From an uncultured Gammaproteobacteria bacterium (GTDB lineage: Bacteria; Pseudomonadota; Gammaproteobacteria; UBA9214), in NCBI GenBank assembly GCA_963748215.1, contig CAVVHS010000008.1:462297-526296 (forward strand): a stretch of DNA of 64,000 nt, given 5' to 3'. Below are positions 1 through 10,191 of this stretch, in pieces (position 1 is the stretch's first letter; each line of letters starts with the position of its first letter). The translations under genes were made by a program, and so were the position numbers. The notes under the pieces were generated by a model, which saw nothing but the letters and a program-made list of their open reading frames with translations, ran no database searches and was not told the DNA's origin.

Positions 1-82
1 GGTCCGCGATATCGATGAGTTCGTCTCCATCGAGGGTTTCGACGAAATCATGCCAACGGAGAAGGTGAGACGTGAGACGTGA
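1..82 (+). CDS. 3' end of an upstream gene (VRDIDEFVSIEGFDEIMPTEKVRRET*), possibly a YrfG-like HAD nucleotidase
   Basis: Open frame from position 2 to TGA at 80-82; only 26 codons visible, product is a weak guess; last codons come from the heptamer repeat. Confidence 0.4.
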   Translation, partial: VRDIDEFVSIEGFDEIMPTEKVRRET

Positions 83-592
83 GACGTGAATAAAATGGCC
101 ACGGAATCCACGGAAGAACACGGAAGAACACGGAAAGATATAAACCAGCGCAGGATGTGCTACAGCGTGAGACGTGAAACGAAGAATAGACGCGGGAAAA
201 CATGGAAATAAATATTGCGCATGGGATGCGTTCCCGCACCACTTGATTAAACAGCGGCATTTGTAGGGTGCACTCTGTGCACCATCCCCGGTGCGTAAAA
301 CGCACCCTACGACAGCGCCGTTATTTTTCCGTGTTCTTCCGTGGATTCCGTGGCAATTTATTTTTGAACCCCCGAAGCCTGGCAGGAGGCGCTTCGTTCA
401 CCTCTCCGGTGCGTAAAACGCACCCTACGACAGCGCTGTTATTTTTCCGTGTTCTTCCGTGGATTCCGTGGCAATTTATTTTTGAACCCGCCCGAAGCCT
501 GGCAGGAGGCGCTTCGTTCACCTCTCCGGTGCGTAAAACGCACCCTACGACAGCGCTGTTATTTTTCCGTGTTCTTCCGTGGATTCCGTGGC
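65..592. repeat. Composite intergenic repeat: GTGAGAC heptamers (65-90, ~167-181), CCACGGAA..CACGGAA module (99-136), REP doublet (263-310), then tandem units of 118 and 120 bp
   Basis: GTAGGGTGCACTCTGTGCACC at 263-283; GGTGCGTAAAACGCACCCTAC at 290, 408 and 528, each followed by TTTTTCCGTGTTCTTCCGTGGATTCCGTGGC. Confidence 0.9.
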
Positions 593-631
593 TATCAATC
601 TTATATTGATCTGCCACTTGCCCTTCGCGGA

Positions 632-1069
632 TCACGCATGCCCCAGCAGGCTATCGCGGCTTGCCGCGTACTTGGGCCAGGTCTTGAAACGTTTCCTGAC
701 GTATTTCAGCAGGGCGGCATAATCCTCGAAGAATAACTCGAAGCCGCTCTCTGCCGGCTCGTCGAACTCGCAGTAGTCGTTGGTGTACTCGCGGCAGATC
801 AACGGCCGGTCATCGTAAATACCGCAGCGACCGTCCTTCTGCAGGTGGGTGCAGCTGTTGTTGATCAGCAGGTACCAGCCTTCCTCGTCCTTGTAGGCCT
901 GGATGTCCCGGTGCGACAGCTGCCAGAGCATATGATCGAAGTCGTGCATGGAACGCGGCGTCACCAGCTCCTCGGTGATATAGGTACAGCACTTGGAGTT
1001 GGTGCAGAAACCGCACTTGTTGTCGGTCGTGATCTTGACGCCGACCGGGATGTTTTTCGTGTTTTTCAT
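632..1069 (-). CDS. YkgJ family cysteine-cluster protein
   Basis: CxxCxxxxCC at N-terminus, C-x7-CGIYDDRPxxCR motif. Confidence 0.8.
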   Translation of the reverse strand: MKNTKNIPVGVKITTDNKCGFCTNSKCCTYITEELVTPRSMHDFDHMLWQLSHRDIQAYKDEEGWYLLINNSCTHLQKDGRCGIYDDRPLICREYTNDYCEFDEPAESGFELFFEDYAALLKYVRKRFKTWPKYAASRDSLLGHA

Positions 1070-1110
1070 AACGACCCGTCAATAGTTGTTGCTGAAAATA
1101 CTACCTGCAG

Positions 1111-1128
1111 GTAGCGGACGCTGTCCGC
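1111..1128 (+). repeat. Isolated GTAG-footed hairpin of a second REP-like class
   Basis: GTA-GCGGAC-GCT-GTCCGC, preceded by palindrome CTACCTGCAGGTAG; single copy in window. Confidence 0.4.
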
Positions 1129-1150
1129 GAACGATGGTGCCACAACTGTT

Positions 1151-1759
1151 CGCGCGATGTACAGGGCGAAGGTGAGCCATCATTACGGGCATCGCCCGGT
1201 CGAGAGGCTGGACTGGGCCATGTGCGGGAACGGCCATGAGGTGCGCCCCTGCATCAATAGACGGTGCAGGGCACACTCCATACACCGTTGCCGGTGCGTA
1301 AAACGCACCCTACGCCTGCATTTATTTTTCCGTGTTCTTCCGTGGATTCCGTGGCCATTATCATCGCGCAAGAGGTGCGCTCCTGCATCAATAGACGGTG
1401 CAGGGCACACTCCATACACCGTTGCCGGTGCGTAAAACGCACCCTACGCCTGCATTTATTTTTCCGTGTTCTTCCGTGGATTCCGTGGCCATTATCATCG
1501 CGCAAGAGGTGCGCTCCTGCATCAATAGACGGTGCAGGGCACACTCCATACACCGTTGCCGGTGCGTAAAACGCACCCTACACCTGCATTTATTTTTCCG
1601 TGTTCTTCCGTGGATTCCGTGGCCATTATCATCGCGCATGAGATGCGCTCCTGCATCAATAGACGGTGCAGGGCGCACTCCATGCACCGTTGTCGGTGCG
1701 TAAAATGCACCCTACGCCTGCATTTATTTTTCCGTGTAATTCCGTGTGCTTCCGTGGCC
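1151..1759. repeat. 134-bp tandem array, 4 REP-containing units
   Basis: REP GGTGCGTAAAAYGCACCCTAC at 1293, 1427, 1561, 1695; intervening sequence nearly identical. Confidence 0.93.
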
Positions 1760-1827
1760 ATTCGCTTTCATGCACCCCCAGCCTGGCAGCGTTGTGAAGC
1801 GATATCTCACGGCCGCTCCTGCACGGC

Positions 1828-3345
1828 CTATTGCGCGGCAAATTCGAAACGGTCGAATACCGGGCTGTCGTAAACACGCCGGCCGGCACGCACGCTGATC
1901 TCGCGACCACCGACATCGATGCTCAGTTGCCGGCCGTACTCGTACATGCCCTTTGCCGCCAGCAGCGTGGCGTTCACGCGCTCTTCCTCGATGGCCGGCA
2001 TGAACAGCGCCGGCAGTGTCCCGGCATCGGGCTGGTCCGGCAGCGTACAGAATACCGCGCCGACACCGCTCGCCAGCAGCTGCACACCGGTTTCCATGCC
2101 GCCCTGCGGATGCACGCGGATCGCGCGGATAATGGCCAACCGCAGCAACGGCTGGTCGCCCTGCGATTCCAGCACACCGAGCAGCTCCCCGACGCGCGCA
2201 TCGCCGGCACCGCCCTCTTCCCAAGACAGCTTCATGCCGCTCGCGCTGCTGTCGATCACGCGGCACTGCACGGGTTCGGGTTTGGCAGGCTTGCGGCCGG
2301 CAGTGACCCTGCCGGCCGCGCGCAACAGGTAGGCGTGTATCTGCCCGAGGCCGATCAGCAGACTTATGTAGCGGCCATCTTTCTGGCGCGGTTCGCGCCG
2401 GCGATCGGCGGACAGGTCTTCCGGCAACAGCCGGCGCAGCACCATGGCCTCCGGACTCTGCATGCGTACCCCGGCGGGCGTTTTGGCCAGTTGCGCGCGT
2501 ATCGCCTGCAGGGCCGGATTCGCATCGAGCAGGTAGGCGTCCTGCAGGCTGGCCGGGGAATCGAGCCGGGTGCACGGTACCGGCAGGGCGTCGGCGTGCA
2601 GGTCGACCAGGAACAGGCCTTCACCCGCACCTTCCCAGCTGTTACCGGGCACGATGCGGCATTTGTCGGCATGCCGCAGCAGCACATCGAACAGCAGGCT
2701 CGCCTCGCCTTCCTCCAGGCGCGCCGGGTCCGTCAGCGCCAGCAGCATGACGGCATGATAGTAACCCGCACTCGTGGTCGAAGCGGCGGCGTCCTGCACG
2801 ACCACCCCCAGCAGCCCGAAGCGGCGCGCCAGGCGGTACAGCTGGTGCGTCTCGGCAATCAGCGACGGCTGTGCGGCGCGGTAAAACCGGAAGCCGTCCA
2901 TCAGCACCCAGGCCATCTGTTGCAGCGCGCGGTGCAGCGCATGACCCAGCTGCGGGTGCGGCTTGTCCTTGCCGCTGCCGGCATACAGGTCCGCGACGAC
3001 CAGCTTGTAGCCATTGGCCTGGCTCATCAGCAGGCGGCCAATGCCGTCGATGGCCTCCTTGCGGCGCACCCGGGCGAGATTCAGCTGACCGAGCTGCAAT
3101 GGATCGACGGTGTGAAACAGCCGCTGTGTCGTGACCCGGTAGGCCTCGAGCAGTACCAGGCGCGCCTCGGCAGCGTGCTTCTGCTCATTGAGCCCGTCCA
3201 GCCCGCCGCGTACCAGGCGCAGTGTTTCGACCACGTCCAGGAGCGGCAGGTCATCCAGCCATTCGCGCAGGCGCACGACGTCCGTCTCCACGGTCGGATC
3301 CGTGTAGCCATGCTGTACCGGCAGGGAAAGCTTCAAGGGTTCCAT
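1828..3345 (-). CDS. FimW-like protein with PilZ-type c-di-GMP motifs
   Basis: Helical N-terminus, RREPR (RxxxR) and DSSASG (DxSxxG) motifs, ~500 aa, downstream of T2SS genes. Confidence 0.6.
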   Translation of the reverse strand: MEPLKLSLPVQHGYTDPTVETDVVRLREWLDDLPLLDVVETLRLVRGGLDGLNEQKHAAEARLVLLEAYRVTTQRLFHTVDPLQLGQLNLARVRRKEAIDGIGRLLMSQANGYKLVVADLYAGSGKDKPHPQLGHALHRALQQMAWVLMDGFRFYRAAQPSLIAETHQLYRLARRFGLLGVVVQDAAASTTSAGYYHAVMLLALTDPARLEEGEASLLFDVLLRHADKCRIVPGNSWEGAGEGLFLVDLHADALPVPCTRLDSPASLQDAYLLDANPALQAIRAQLAKTPAGVRMQSPEAMVLRRLLPEDLSADRRREPRQKDGRYISLLIGLGQIHAYLLRAAGRVTAGRKPAKPEPVQCRVIDSSASGMKLSWEEGGAGDARVGELLGVLESQGDQPLLRLAIIRAIRVHPQGGMETGVQLLASGVGAVFCTLPDQPDAGTLPALFMPAIEEERVNATLLAAKGMYEYGRQLSIDVGGREISVRAGRRVYDSPVFDRFEFAAQ

Positions 3346-3493
3346 CGCGTAACTGCCGATCGCGCCGGGCTAGCCCGCATATCTCACCGGAATAGGCACC
3401 GCCCGAAGACTCGCTGTTTGTTGCTGAATGGGCATCACTTCCATGATTTCAATTCAATATGTCCGTCAATCGCCGCCCGGTGAGAGATGCGGG

Positions 3494-4240
3494 CTACAGC
3501 CGGCCCGTGGTATTGATCAGGAATGTACCATCCGGACGCGCTGGCACCATCGCCTCCAGCAGGCCGCGGGTGTCGGTATCGAGCCCGGGGCCGGGGGCAA
3601 GCAGCAGCTGTACCGTATAGCGGCCATCGGGTGTGAGCGTGATGTCACCGGACGCGCCCAGCGTGCCGCCACGGATGATGCGCGTGACCACGTCCTGGCC
3701 CTTGTTTTCGATGGCGCACTGGATATCCCCCAGCGGCAGTGGCAGGGGTGCCAGCAGCGCCGCCGCCTGCCAGTCGAACAGGCCGTTGACGTCCTGTGCC
3801 CGCCTGTCGCGCAGCACGATACTGTCCAGCTGCAGTGTCAGCTGCCCGGAACTGGAAACCGCAATCGGTGAAAAGGTGCTGAGCAGGCGATCCGGTTGCA
3901 GTTGCAGGTCGACATCACGTCCGACAATTGTGCCATTCGGGGCAATGCCGATGCTGGCATGGCCCCGATGCTCGGGATGCTGCAGGTCGAGGCGATACTC
4001 CAGCCGGCCGCGCAGCAGTCCCGCGGGACTGAAACGCCAGCCTACCGGGCCGAGCTCGTTGCCCTGGTAGTCCAGGCGCCCGGCCTGCCCGGAAAACAGC
4101 GACCCGGTCACGGCCTGGATCGACAGTCCGTCGACCTGGCGCCCGATGGCACCGGTCAGGCGTTCGACCGGAAAGGTCAGCAGCAGGATCGGCAGGTAGA
4201 TGGCAATACCGATCGCGATATAGCGCCAGGCACGCCTCAC
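3494..4240 (-). CDS. gspN: Type II secretion protein N
   Basis: Start moved to GTG 4240 overlapping the gspM stop (GTGA); N-terminal TM, GSLFSGQA motif; position after gspM. Confidence 0.85.
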   Translation of the reverse strand: MRRAWRYIAIGIAIYLPILLLTFPVERLTGAIGRQVDGLSIQAVTGSLFSGQAGRLDYQGNELGPVGWRFSPAGLLRGRLEYRLDLQHPEHRGHASIGIAPNGTIVGRDVDLQLQPDRLLSTFSPIAVSSSGQLTLQLDSIVLRDRRAQDVNGLFDWQAAALLAPLPLPLGDIQCAIENKGQDVVTRIIRGGTLGASGDITLTPDGRYTVQLLLAPGPGLDTDTRGLLEAMVPARPDGTFLINTTGRL

Positions 4241-4728
4241 AACCCGGGAGCCTGCAGGGTCAGCCGGGCATTCACCCTGCCTGCCGCATCGCCGACACGC
4301 TCCATGCTGACCGTGTCGGCGTTGACACCGTAACGTTCGGCCAGGCTGCCGAGCCACTGGATCAGCTGATCGAACGATGCGTTCTCCAGCCAGACCCTGA
4401 CACTGTTGGCGCCTTCCGGCTCGACCCGCTTCAGGGCACTGGCCAGCCCGCCGGCGCGGGCGGTGCTGTCGGCCAGCGACAGCAGGGACTGTCCGCGCAG
4501 GCCCTGACCTCCTGCACCGCTGCCCTTGAGCTGTGCCAGCAGTTGCGCGCTTTCCTGCATCCACACAGCGGTGTCGCGCTGCCCGGCGACATTATCCCGC
4601 AGCTCGAGATAACCGCCGCGCAGCGGCGACCAGATCACGGCATAGACGATCAGCAACGCGACCAGCGCGGCGGCGGCCATGACCATCAGCCGTTCGCGCG
4701 GGGCGAGACTCTCCAGCCAGGCCTTCAT
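4237..4728 (-). CDS. gspM: Type II secretion protein M
   Basis: WLESLAPRER + TM, VWLENASFDQLIQWL motif. Confidence 0.92.
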   Translation of the reverse strand: MKAWLESLAPRERLMVMAAAALVALLIVYAVIWSPLRGGYLELRDNVAGQRDTAVWMQESAQLLAQLKGSGAGGQGLRGQSLLSLADSTARAGGLASALKRVEPEGANSVRVWLENASFDQLIQWLGSLAERYGVNADTVSMERVGDAAGRVNARLTLQAPGL

Positions 4729-5936
4729 GTTCCCATCCCCTGGATACGCAGGCGGCTTTGCACGCGCTGGTCGGCACCGGTGGTGGCAGACTGGATTTCT
4801 ACTTCCAGCCCGCCACTGCCGGCGAGCGCCTGCTTGAGCTGGTCGAGCGACTGCAGGTTGGGAATCTTCAGGTCAAGGTCGAGCCGGCCGGCACGAAAAC
4901 TGATCCCGCCCAGCTCGACGCCCTGCACGTCCTTCAGGATCGATCCGGTCTTGCCCAGCAGGGTCAGGAAATCCGCACCCGCGTTACTGCTACGCTGCAG
5001 CCGGTCGAGTTGCTGCTGCATCTGCACGCGCGGATTGACTACCCGCTGGGTGCCGGGCATCGCGGTACGGAAGGTTTGTTCGATCTGCGCCTGCAGCTGC
5101 TCGCTCTCGCCGCTGAGCCGGTAGTAGTCGACGCCCATCGCGAGGAGACTGATCAGGATACCGGCCAGCAGCAGGGCCGCGGTGGTAAGCCACGGTTTCC
5201 ACACGCGTGACCAGTCGCCCGACCGGCTGTAGGCGCCCTGCAGCAGGTTGATCGAACGGCTGTCCAGTCCCTGCGCGAAAATGACCAGTGGGTCGTCGCT
5301 GTAGTATTCCTCGATGACCTCACCCGGGTAGTTATCGACCACCGGCGGCTGGATATCCGGACGCACGATCAGGCGTACCGGCGCGGCAACCTCGTCCTGC
5401 TGCATGGTGAGCATGGTATCCAGGTTCTCGCCATCGACGGCGAAACCACTGGCCGGGCCATTCCTGACCAGTACGATATCATCGATGACAAACGCGCTGA
5501 TTTCGTTCTCGACCTGCGGTACCGCCAGCACCTCGGGGACCACCTGCTGAACATCCATCGCGGTGGTATCGAGCGCGGCGATCAGCCGGTCCATGTATTC
5601 GCGGTTAATGACGGCGACCGACCAGTTGCCGTCCGCCTCCGCCTCGCCCAGCGCGAAGTGCAGCTGCTCGACCTCGTCGGACAGCTGTTCTTCGAGTGCA
5701 TAGGGAACGGCACGCAACAGTTTCTGCCGGTTGCGTCCGGGGATGTGCACGGTGGTCAGCAGGCAGTCGACGCCGGGCACCAGCACGACCACACGCAGAC
5801 CCTCCGCCTCTTGCGCGGCGTCCGCAATCGGTCCGGCCTGTATGCCAGTCTGCAGGATGCCGTTGACGTCCATCCGCAGCCAGCGCCAGCTGTCGCCGGT
5901 AATGGAATCCGCTCTCAGCAGCAGTGTGTCACGCAT
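4725..5936 (-). CDS. gspL: Type II secretion protein L
   Basis: AVPYALEEQL and INLLQGAY motifs, single TM. Confidence 0.93.
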   Translation of the reverse strand: MRDTLLLRADSITGDSWRWLRMDVNGILQTGIQAGPIADAAQEAEGLRVVVLVPGVDCLLTTVHIPGRNRQKLLRAVPYALEEQLSDEVEQLHFALGEAEADGNWSVAVINREYMDRLIAALDTTAMDVQQVVPEVLAVPQVENEISAFVIDDIVLVRNGPASGFAVDGENLDTMLTMQQDEVAAPVRLIVRPDIQPPVVDNYPGEVIEEYYSDDPLVIFAQGLDSRSINLLQGAYSRSGDWSRVWKPWLTTAALLLAGILISLLAMGVDYYRLSGESEQLQAQIEQTFRTAMPGTQRVVNPRVQMQQQLDRLQRSSNAGADFLTLLGKTGSILKDVQGVELGGISFRAGRLDLDLKIPNLQSLDQLKQALAGSGGLEVEIQSATTGADQRVQSRLRIQGMGT

Positions 5937-6018
5937 TCACGGCCCTTTCGTCGATTGTGGCGGGTATCCTAGCAGAAATGCGCAGGAAAATACGGGATAA
6001 CATTGCAGAAACATTGTG

Positions 6019-6981
6019 TTAACCCGCCGGCTGGATAACCGCCGTCACGCGGGTACGGGACACCACCCGCAGGTCCTTGCCTTCGCGTTCCAGCACGCTT
6101 TCCAGCTGCGCCTTGCCGACCCCCACACTGACATCCGTCAGCACCAGAAACCATTTGCTTTCTACATCCACGCGATTGTATATCGTCAGGCCGGCAAGCG
6201 CGTTATGGGCCAGAAAAGCCCCCTTGTCAGCGAACGGCTCCTGCTCGCGATCGGCCAGCAACGTTTCCACGCCCTGCGCGGTCATGTTTTCGTCCAGGGC
6301 CAGCAATACCACGGCCGTGGCCGTGTTGATATTGATCGTCGTCACGTCAGGCAGCGCGGTAACGTACGGCAAAAGCACCTGCATCACCTCGTCGGTAAAA
6401 CCCAGCACCAGGCGCAGTTCGCTGATCGAGACGAGCCGGCGGTTCGCGGCGCGGTAGGGCGGGTCCGCGAGCAGGTAGGTGTCGTCCTCGGCACCACCCG
6501 GAAACGTGGCGTTGATATCGGCATCGATCCAGTCCAGCAGCGTGGTGGCAAGCTCCGGGTCGAGTTCCAGCACATTCAGCAGTCGTTTGAAATAGTCGAT
6601 GCTGCCGGTGTCGGGTTTGCCGTCCGCGCCCACCAGGTTGTTCACGTTGAAGCGGCCCTGCAGGTCGCTCACCTTGCCGCTGACGAAACCGCCCTCGACG
6701 GGAATCGGCGGCAACGCGGCGGCCCAGTCCTCGTCCAGCGCATCGTAGGTGCTGTCATTCGCATCGCGGCGCAGGATAACCTGTGCCCAGCTCTCCGCCG
6801 CCAGCGCATAGGCGTAGGACTGTTCACCATGCACCAGGTTGGCGGTGCGGCGCACGTCGACGTGCAGTCGTGTCGCCATCGCCACGGCGGCCACGGTTGC
6901 CAGCGCGACCACCAGCAGTGCGGTGACCAGCGCTACACCCTGTTGCGGCGTATTGCCCTTACCGTTGCGGATGTGCATCAC
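6019..6981 (-). CDS. gspK: T2SS minor pseudopilin K
   Basis: QQG|VALVTALLVV prepilin site, DLQGRFNVNNL, ININTA. Confidence 0.94.
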   Translation of the reverse strand: MMHIRNGKGNTPQQGVALVTALLVVALATVAAVAMATRLHVDVRRTANLVHGEQSYAYALAAESWAQVILRRDANDSTYDALDEDWAAALPPIPVEGGFVSGKVSDLQGRFNVNNLVGADGKPDTGSIDYFKRLLNVLELDPELATTLLDWIDADINATFPGGAEDDTYLLADPPYRAANRRLVSISELRLVLGFTDEVMQVLLPYVTALPDVTTININTATAVVLLALDENMTAQGVETLLADREQEPFADKGAFLAHNALAGLTIYNRVDVESKWFLVLTDVSVGVGKAQLESVLEREGKDLRVVSRTRVTAVIQPAG

Positions 6982-7607
6982 TCGGGCATCCTGAACAACC
7001 AGACCAGCCTGCCATACTGCTTGTGCTCGAGGCTGATTTCAACGGCCTTCGGCAGCAATACCGTCGTGATCCCGGGCAGCGCTGCCGCGGGAGCATTGTC
7101 GGCGACGCCGCTCCAGCTGGTTTTCCATTCATCCGCATCGAGGTAGCGCACGTCCATCTGCGTGACTTCGTCCGTGAGCGACTGTTTGACCGGCAGACTG
7201 TCCTGGGCTCGATCGAGCACCGACCAGGTGTAGCGAACCAGCTGTTCGTCCTCGATGGCATAGGCCACGCGCTGCAGCGTGCTGCGCGCATGGCCGAGGG
7301 GGTTGCGCCAGCCACCGCGGGTCAACTGCAGCACCTCGGCTCCCGACAGCGGTGGGAGTTCCGTGCCATACTCGTCGCGTACCGGGCGCGGCACCACCTG
7401 CTCGATATCGCGCTGCATGAGCAGGTAGATTTTCTGCACCCGACCCAGCCGGTCCGCCTCCTGTTCGGTCGCCGCACTCTGTTCCAGCACACTGTGCAGT
7501 CCGCTGTAGGACATTACCGATAGCAGGCCGAAGATCGCCAGCGCCACCAGCAACTCCAGCAGGGTGAAGCCGGCGATACCGGCGATGCGTCCGCGCACCA
7601 CGCTCAT
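6978..7607 (-). CDS. gspJ: T2SS minor pseudopilin J
   Basis: AG|FTLLELLVA; start moved to ATG 7607 overlapping the gspI stop. Confidence 0.92.
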   Translation of the reverse strand: MSVVRGRIAGIAGFTLLELLVALAIFGLLSVMSYSGLHSVLEQSAATEQEADRLGRVQKIYLLMQRDIEQVVPRPVRDEYGTELPPLSGAEVLQLTRGGWRNPLGHARSTLQRVAYAIEDEQLVRYTWSVLDRAQDSLPVKQSLTDEVTQMDVRYLDADEWKTSWSGVADNAPAAALPGITTVLLPKAVEISLEHKQYGRLVWLFRMPE

Positions 7608-7981
7608 GACGGTTTCATCAGGAAGCCACTCAGGGTCGTGAGCGGCTCCGTGCTGTCGCTGTCCGCCGGCGTCACCTCGACATCCAGGCGCCGCAGTTCC
7701 GCCTCCTCCGTCTGCGAGGTGCGCGCCAGCCAGCGCCATTCCCGGCCGCCCATTTCCATGGTGCCTTTCTGCTCGCCGACCGAGGGCCAGTCCTTGCGCA
7801 CCTGGAATTCCGCCAGTACATTGCGCGCCACCCAGGTTGCCATGGTGCGATCGCGCAGGTGTGACTGGCCGGCCGTGTAATCAGTGGCGGCCTTGATTAT
7901 CGCGCTCATCGCGAGCGCCAGCACCGCCAGTGCGACGAGGATCTCGAGCAGGGTAAAGCCATACTGGCCGCGCCTGCTCAC
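7604..7981 (-). CDS. gspI: T2SS minor pseudopilin I
   Basis: G|FTLLEILVALA, size and position. Confidence 0.93.
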   Translation of the reverse strand: MSRRGQYGFTLLEILVALAVLALAMSAIIKAATDYTAGQSHLRDRTMATWVARNVLAEFQVRKDWPSVGEQKGTMEMGGREWRWLARTSQTEEAELRRLDVEVTPADSDSTEPLTTLSGFLMKPS

Positions 7982-8538
7982 GGCGGTCCCTCGCGTTCCC
8001 GGCTCACCTCGCCCATCAACGAGGCCGTCAGCCGGTAGCGATAGTCGCTGAGGTCTGAAATAAAGGTAACCGTAAATGGCGTCATCTCGCCGCTCGACAG
8101 GATCAGCACCTGCGGCGGCGGCTCTATATCCTGCTTCGGGTCGTCTTCACCGAACCCCTGCTCCCCCTCGATCTCGAGCTTCATTCGAATGTCAGCCGGG
8201 AGGGAATAGGCCTTCAGCAGGCCGTCATCCGGCAGTTTCCAGCCATCCAGCGCCAGGATCAGAAACTCGTAGCCGTCCTCGGCGAAACGCACACCAAGTT
8301 CCTCGCCACGGACAATGGCCTCGTCATTCGCCAGCACCAGCAGGGTCTCCAGGTGGCGGGCTTCGCGTTCCATGATTTCAGCCACGTCGTCGCCGCGCAT
8401 GGACAGCGCGGCAAAGCTGAAGATGATCGCGATCAGAACCATCACCACCATCAGTTCCAGCAGGGTGAAACCGGCCGGTCGCCGGGTGGGCGCGGCAGTC
8501 ATCGGATCGGAACGCTTACGGCGTAGTGGCCAGGACAT
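7978..8538 (-). CDS. gspH: T2SS minor pseudopilin H
   Basis: AG|FTLLELMVV, ILSSGEMTPF; start at ATG 8538 or 8502. Confidence 0.9.
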   Translation of the reverse strand: MSWPLRRKRSDPMTAAPTRRPAGFTLLELMVVMVLIAIIFSFAALSMRGDDVAEIMEREARHLETLLVLANDEAIVRGEELGVRFAEDGYEFLILALDGWKLPDDGLLKAYSLPADIRMKLEIEGEQGFGEDDPKQDIEPPPQVLILSSGEMTPFTVTFISDLSDYRYRLTASLMGEVSREREGPP

Positions 8539-8545
8539 GCTCCTG

Positions 8546-8968
8546 TTATTGCAGATTCCAGTTGCCGATATCGTCGTCACTGGGCTGCTGATCGGGGCCG
8601 AGCGAGAAGATATCGATCGTGCCGTGTTCGCCGGGGCTCAGGTAGAAATAGTCTTCCTGCCAGGGATCCTTCGGCAGGCGGTCCACATAACCGCCCTCTT
8701 TCCAGTTCTTGGGTTCCGGCGAGGTGGGCTTTTCGACCAGCGCGTCGAGCCCCTGGTCGGTTGTCGGGTAGACGTAATTGTCCAGCTTGTAGAGATTCAG
8801 CGCAGCCTCCAGGGAGCGGATATCCTGGCGTGCCTTGGTGATACGCGCCTGGTCCGGACGATCCATGACCTTCGGCACCAGGATCGCCGCGAGTATTCCG
8901 AGGATCACGACGACCACCATGACCTCGATAAGGGTGAAACCGGATTGCCTGACGGTAGTTTGCTTCAT
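8546..8968 (-). CDS. gspG: T2SS major pseudopilin G
   Basis: SG|FTLIEVMVV, YPTTDQGLDALV, LPKDPW, DDIGNW. Confidence 0.96.
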   Translation of the reverse strand: MKQTTVRQSGFTLIEVMVVVVILGILAAILVPKVMDRPDQARITKARQDIRSLEAALNLYKLDNYVYPTTDQGLDALVEKPTSPEPKNWKEGGYVDRLPKDPWQEDYFYLSPGEHGTIDIFSLGPDQQPSDDDIGNWNLQ

Positions 8969-9267
8969 GAGTAAGCCCTTGCTTGCTTGATTGACGGACG
9001 GACACCTGGCGTGGTGCCGGGTAGATTCCGGCTATTTTAGCCCGAATCCCGCACCGGGCGGCAGTGGATCATCGCGCTGTTTCGAGACCATGGAAAAATT
9101 TTCGAGCAAAGCCGGAATACAGCCACTTCTTCGGGCTGCGCCCGTCCCGACGGGATAACCCGGCCAGCGCGGTGCCCGGCGGGGAAACAGACAGCCCACC
9201 TGCAAACAGGTTGCATGATATTCAGGGACGGCCGGCCGGGAACCGCGACCGGATCACAGCCGGGACA

Positions 9268-9780
9268 TCATGACCCGGACAGGTTCTCCCGATTGACCGC
9301 CAGCTGGTCGCGCACCTTCAGGGCGTAGAGGTGGCGCTCTGCATCCACCAGGTGCTGCCCCCAGTGCACGCGGTAGCTGGAGCGCCAGGCCTGCGCGGCC
9401 CGCTGCGGCCAGACGTCGTCCAGCAAATCGCGCCCGTAGCGCAGGTCGAAGTAGATATCGGTAAGATCGTCAGCCAGGCTGCCGGACATGTGCAACTCTT
9501 CCGGCGCGGCGTCGAATTCCAGCCAGTAGCTGTCACGCTCACCCAGCACCTTGCGCAGGTGACTGTAGAGCTCGAAGCGTGCATCGAGATCGGTCTCGTA
9601 CAACGGGATATCACCGGTGTCGTAGGCGTTCAATGCGGTGACGGCGGCATGCAGTCGCGGCATCAGCAGAAACAGCGCCTCCAGCCAGTCGTCGGGCCGG
9701 GCCAGCGCGCCGTCGACCAGGCGACAGTAGTCGTCGGCCACGTCCACCATTTCAGTCAAAGTTTCCGAGAAACCGGCCAT
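9268..9780 (-). CDS. DUF5063-like protein
   Basis: GSLADDLTDIYFDL and W..SY..HWG motifs; adjacent to rubredoxin. Confidence 0.7.
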   Translation of the reverse strand: MAGFSETLTEMVDVADDYCRLVDGALARPDDWLEALFLLMPRLHAAVTALNAYDTGDIPLYETDLDARFELYSHLRKVLGERDSYWLEFDAAPEELHMSGSLADDLTDIYFDLRYGRDLLDDVWPQRAAQAWRSSYRVHWGQHLVDAERHLYALKVRDQLAVNRENLSGS

Positions 9781-9904
9781 GTCATAATGTCAACAAGTAG
9801 TCTATGGTTATCAGTGGCTTGCAAGCCCGGCAGGCACATGAGCGGCAGCCGCGGTAATTCAAGTGTAGCCAAAATCCGTGCGCCTGCACGGACGGCGTCT
9901 GCGA

Positions 9905-10078
9905 CTAGACAGCCACCATCTCGAACTCATCCTTGGTCGCTCCGCATTCCGGACATACCCAGCTGTCCGGAATATCCTCCCAGCGCGTTCCGGGCGCAAA
10001 ACCCTCCTCCGGCAGACCGTCGGCCTCGCTGTAGACAAAACCGCACACCACACACATGTATTCCCGGTTAGCACTCAT
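9905..10078 (-). CDS. Rubredoxin (57 aa, absent from ORF track)
   Basis: Manual translation MSANREYMCVVCGFVYSEADGLPEEGFAPGTRWEDIPDSWVCPECGATKDEFEMVAV; two CxxCG motifs; divergent from thiD. Confidence 0.96.
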   Translation of the reverse strand: MSANREYMCVVCGFVYSEADGLPEEGFAPGTRWEDIPDSWVCPECGATKDEFEMVAV

Positions 10079-10191
10079 CAGTCATCACCCGTTAGTCAGC
10101 ATTGCGCCATTGTACGGGTCTGCCACGCCGAGTGAAGCAGATTCGCCGCGCACTATCCCGCTTGATGGGCACATCCGTTATTATCGGCAAC

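Noticed and set aside
48-1916. Short ORFs within the repeat arrays (also 13486-13932 and the 11893 extension of hemL)
   Set aside because: They are translations of non-coding repeats, open in several frames on both strands
1831-3483. 550-aa plus-strand ORF and other long antisense ORFs (e.g. 6016..7146, 12226..13419, 16624..17832)
   Set aside because: High-GC shadow frames of recognisable genes on the opposite strand
9859-10074. 71-aa ORF from the track
   Set aside because: Wrong frame; the real gene is the rubredoxin at 9905..10078
10079-10191. TPP riboswitch upstream of thiD
   Set aside because: Short divergent spacer lacking the CTGAGA core
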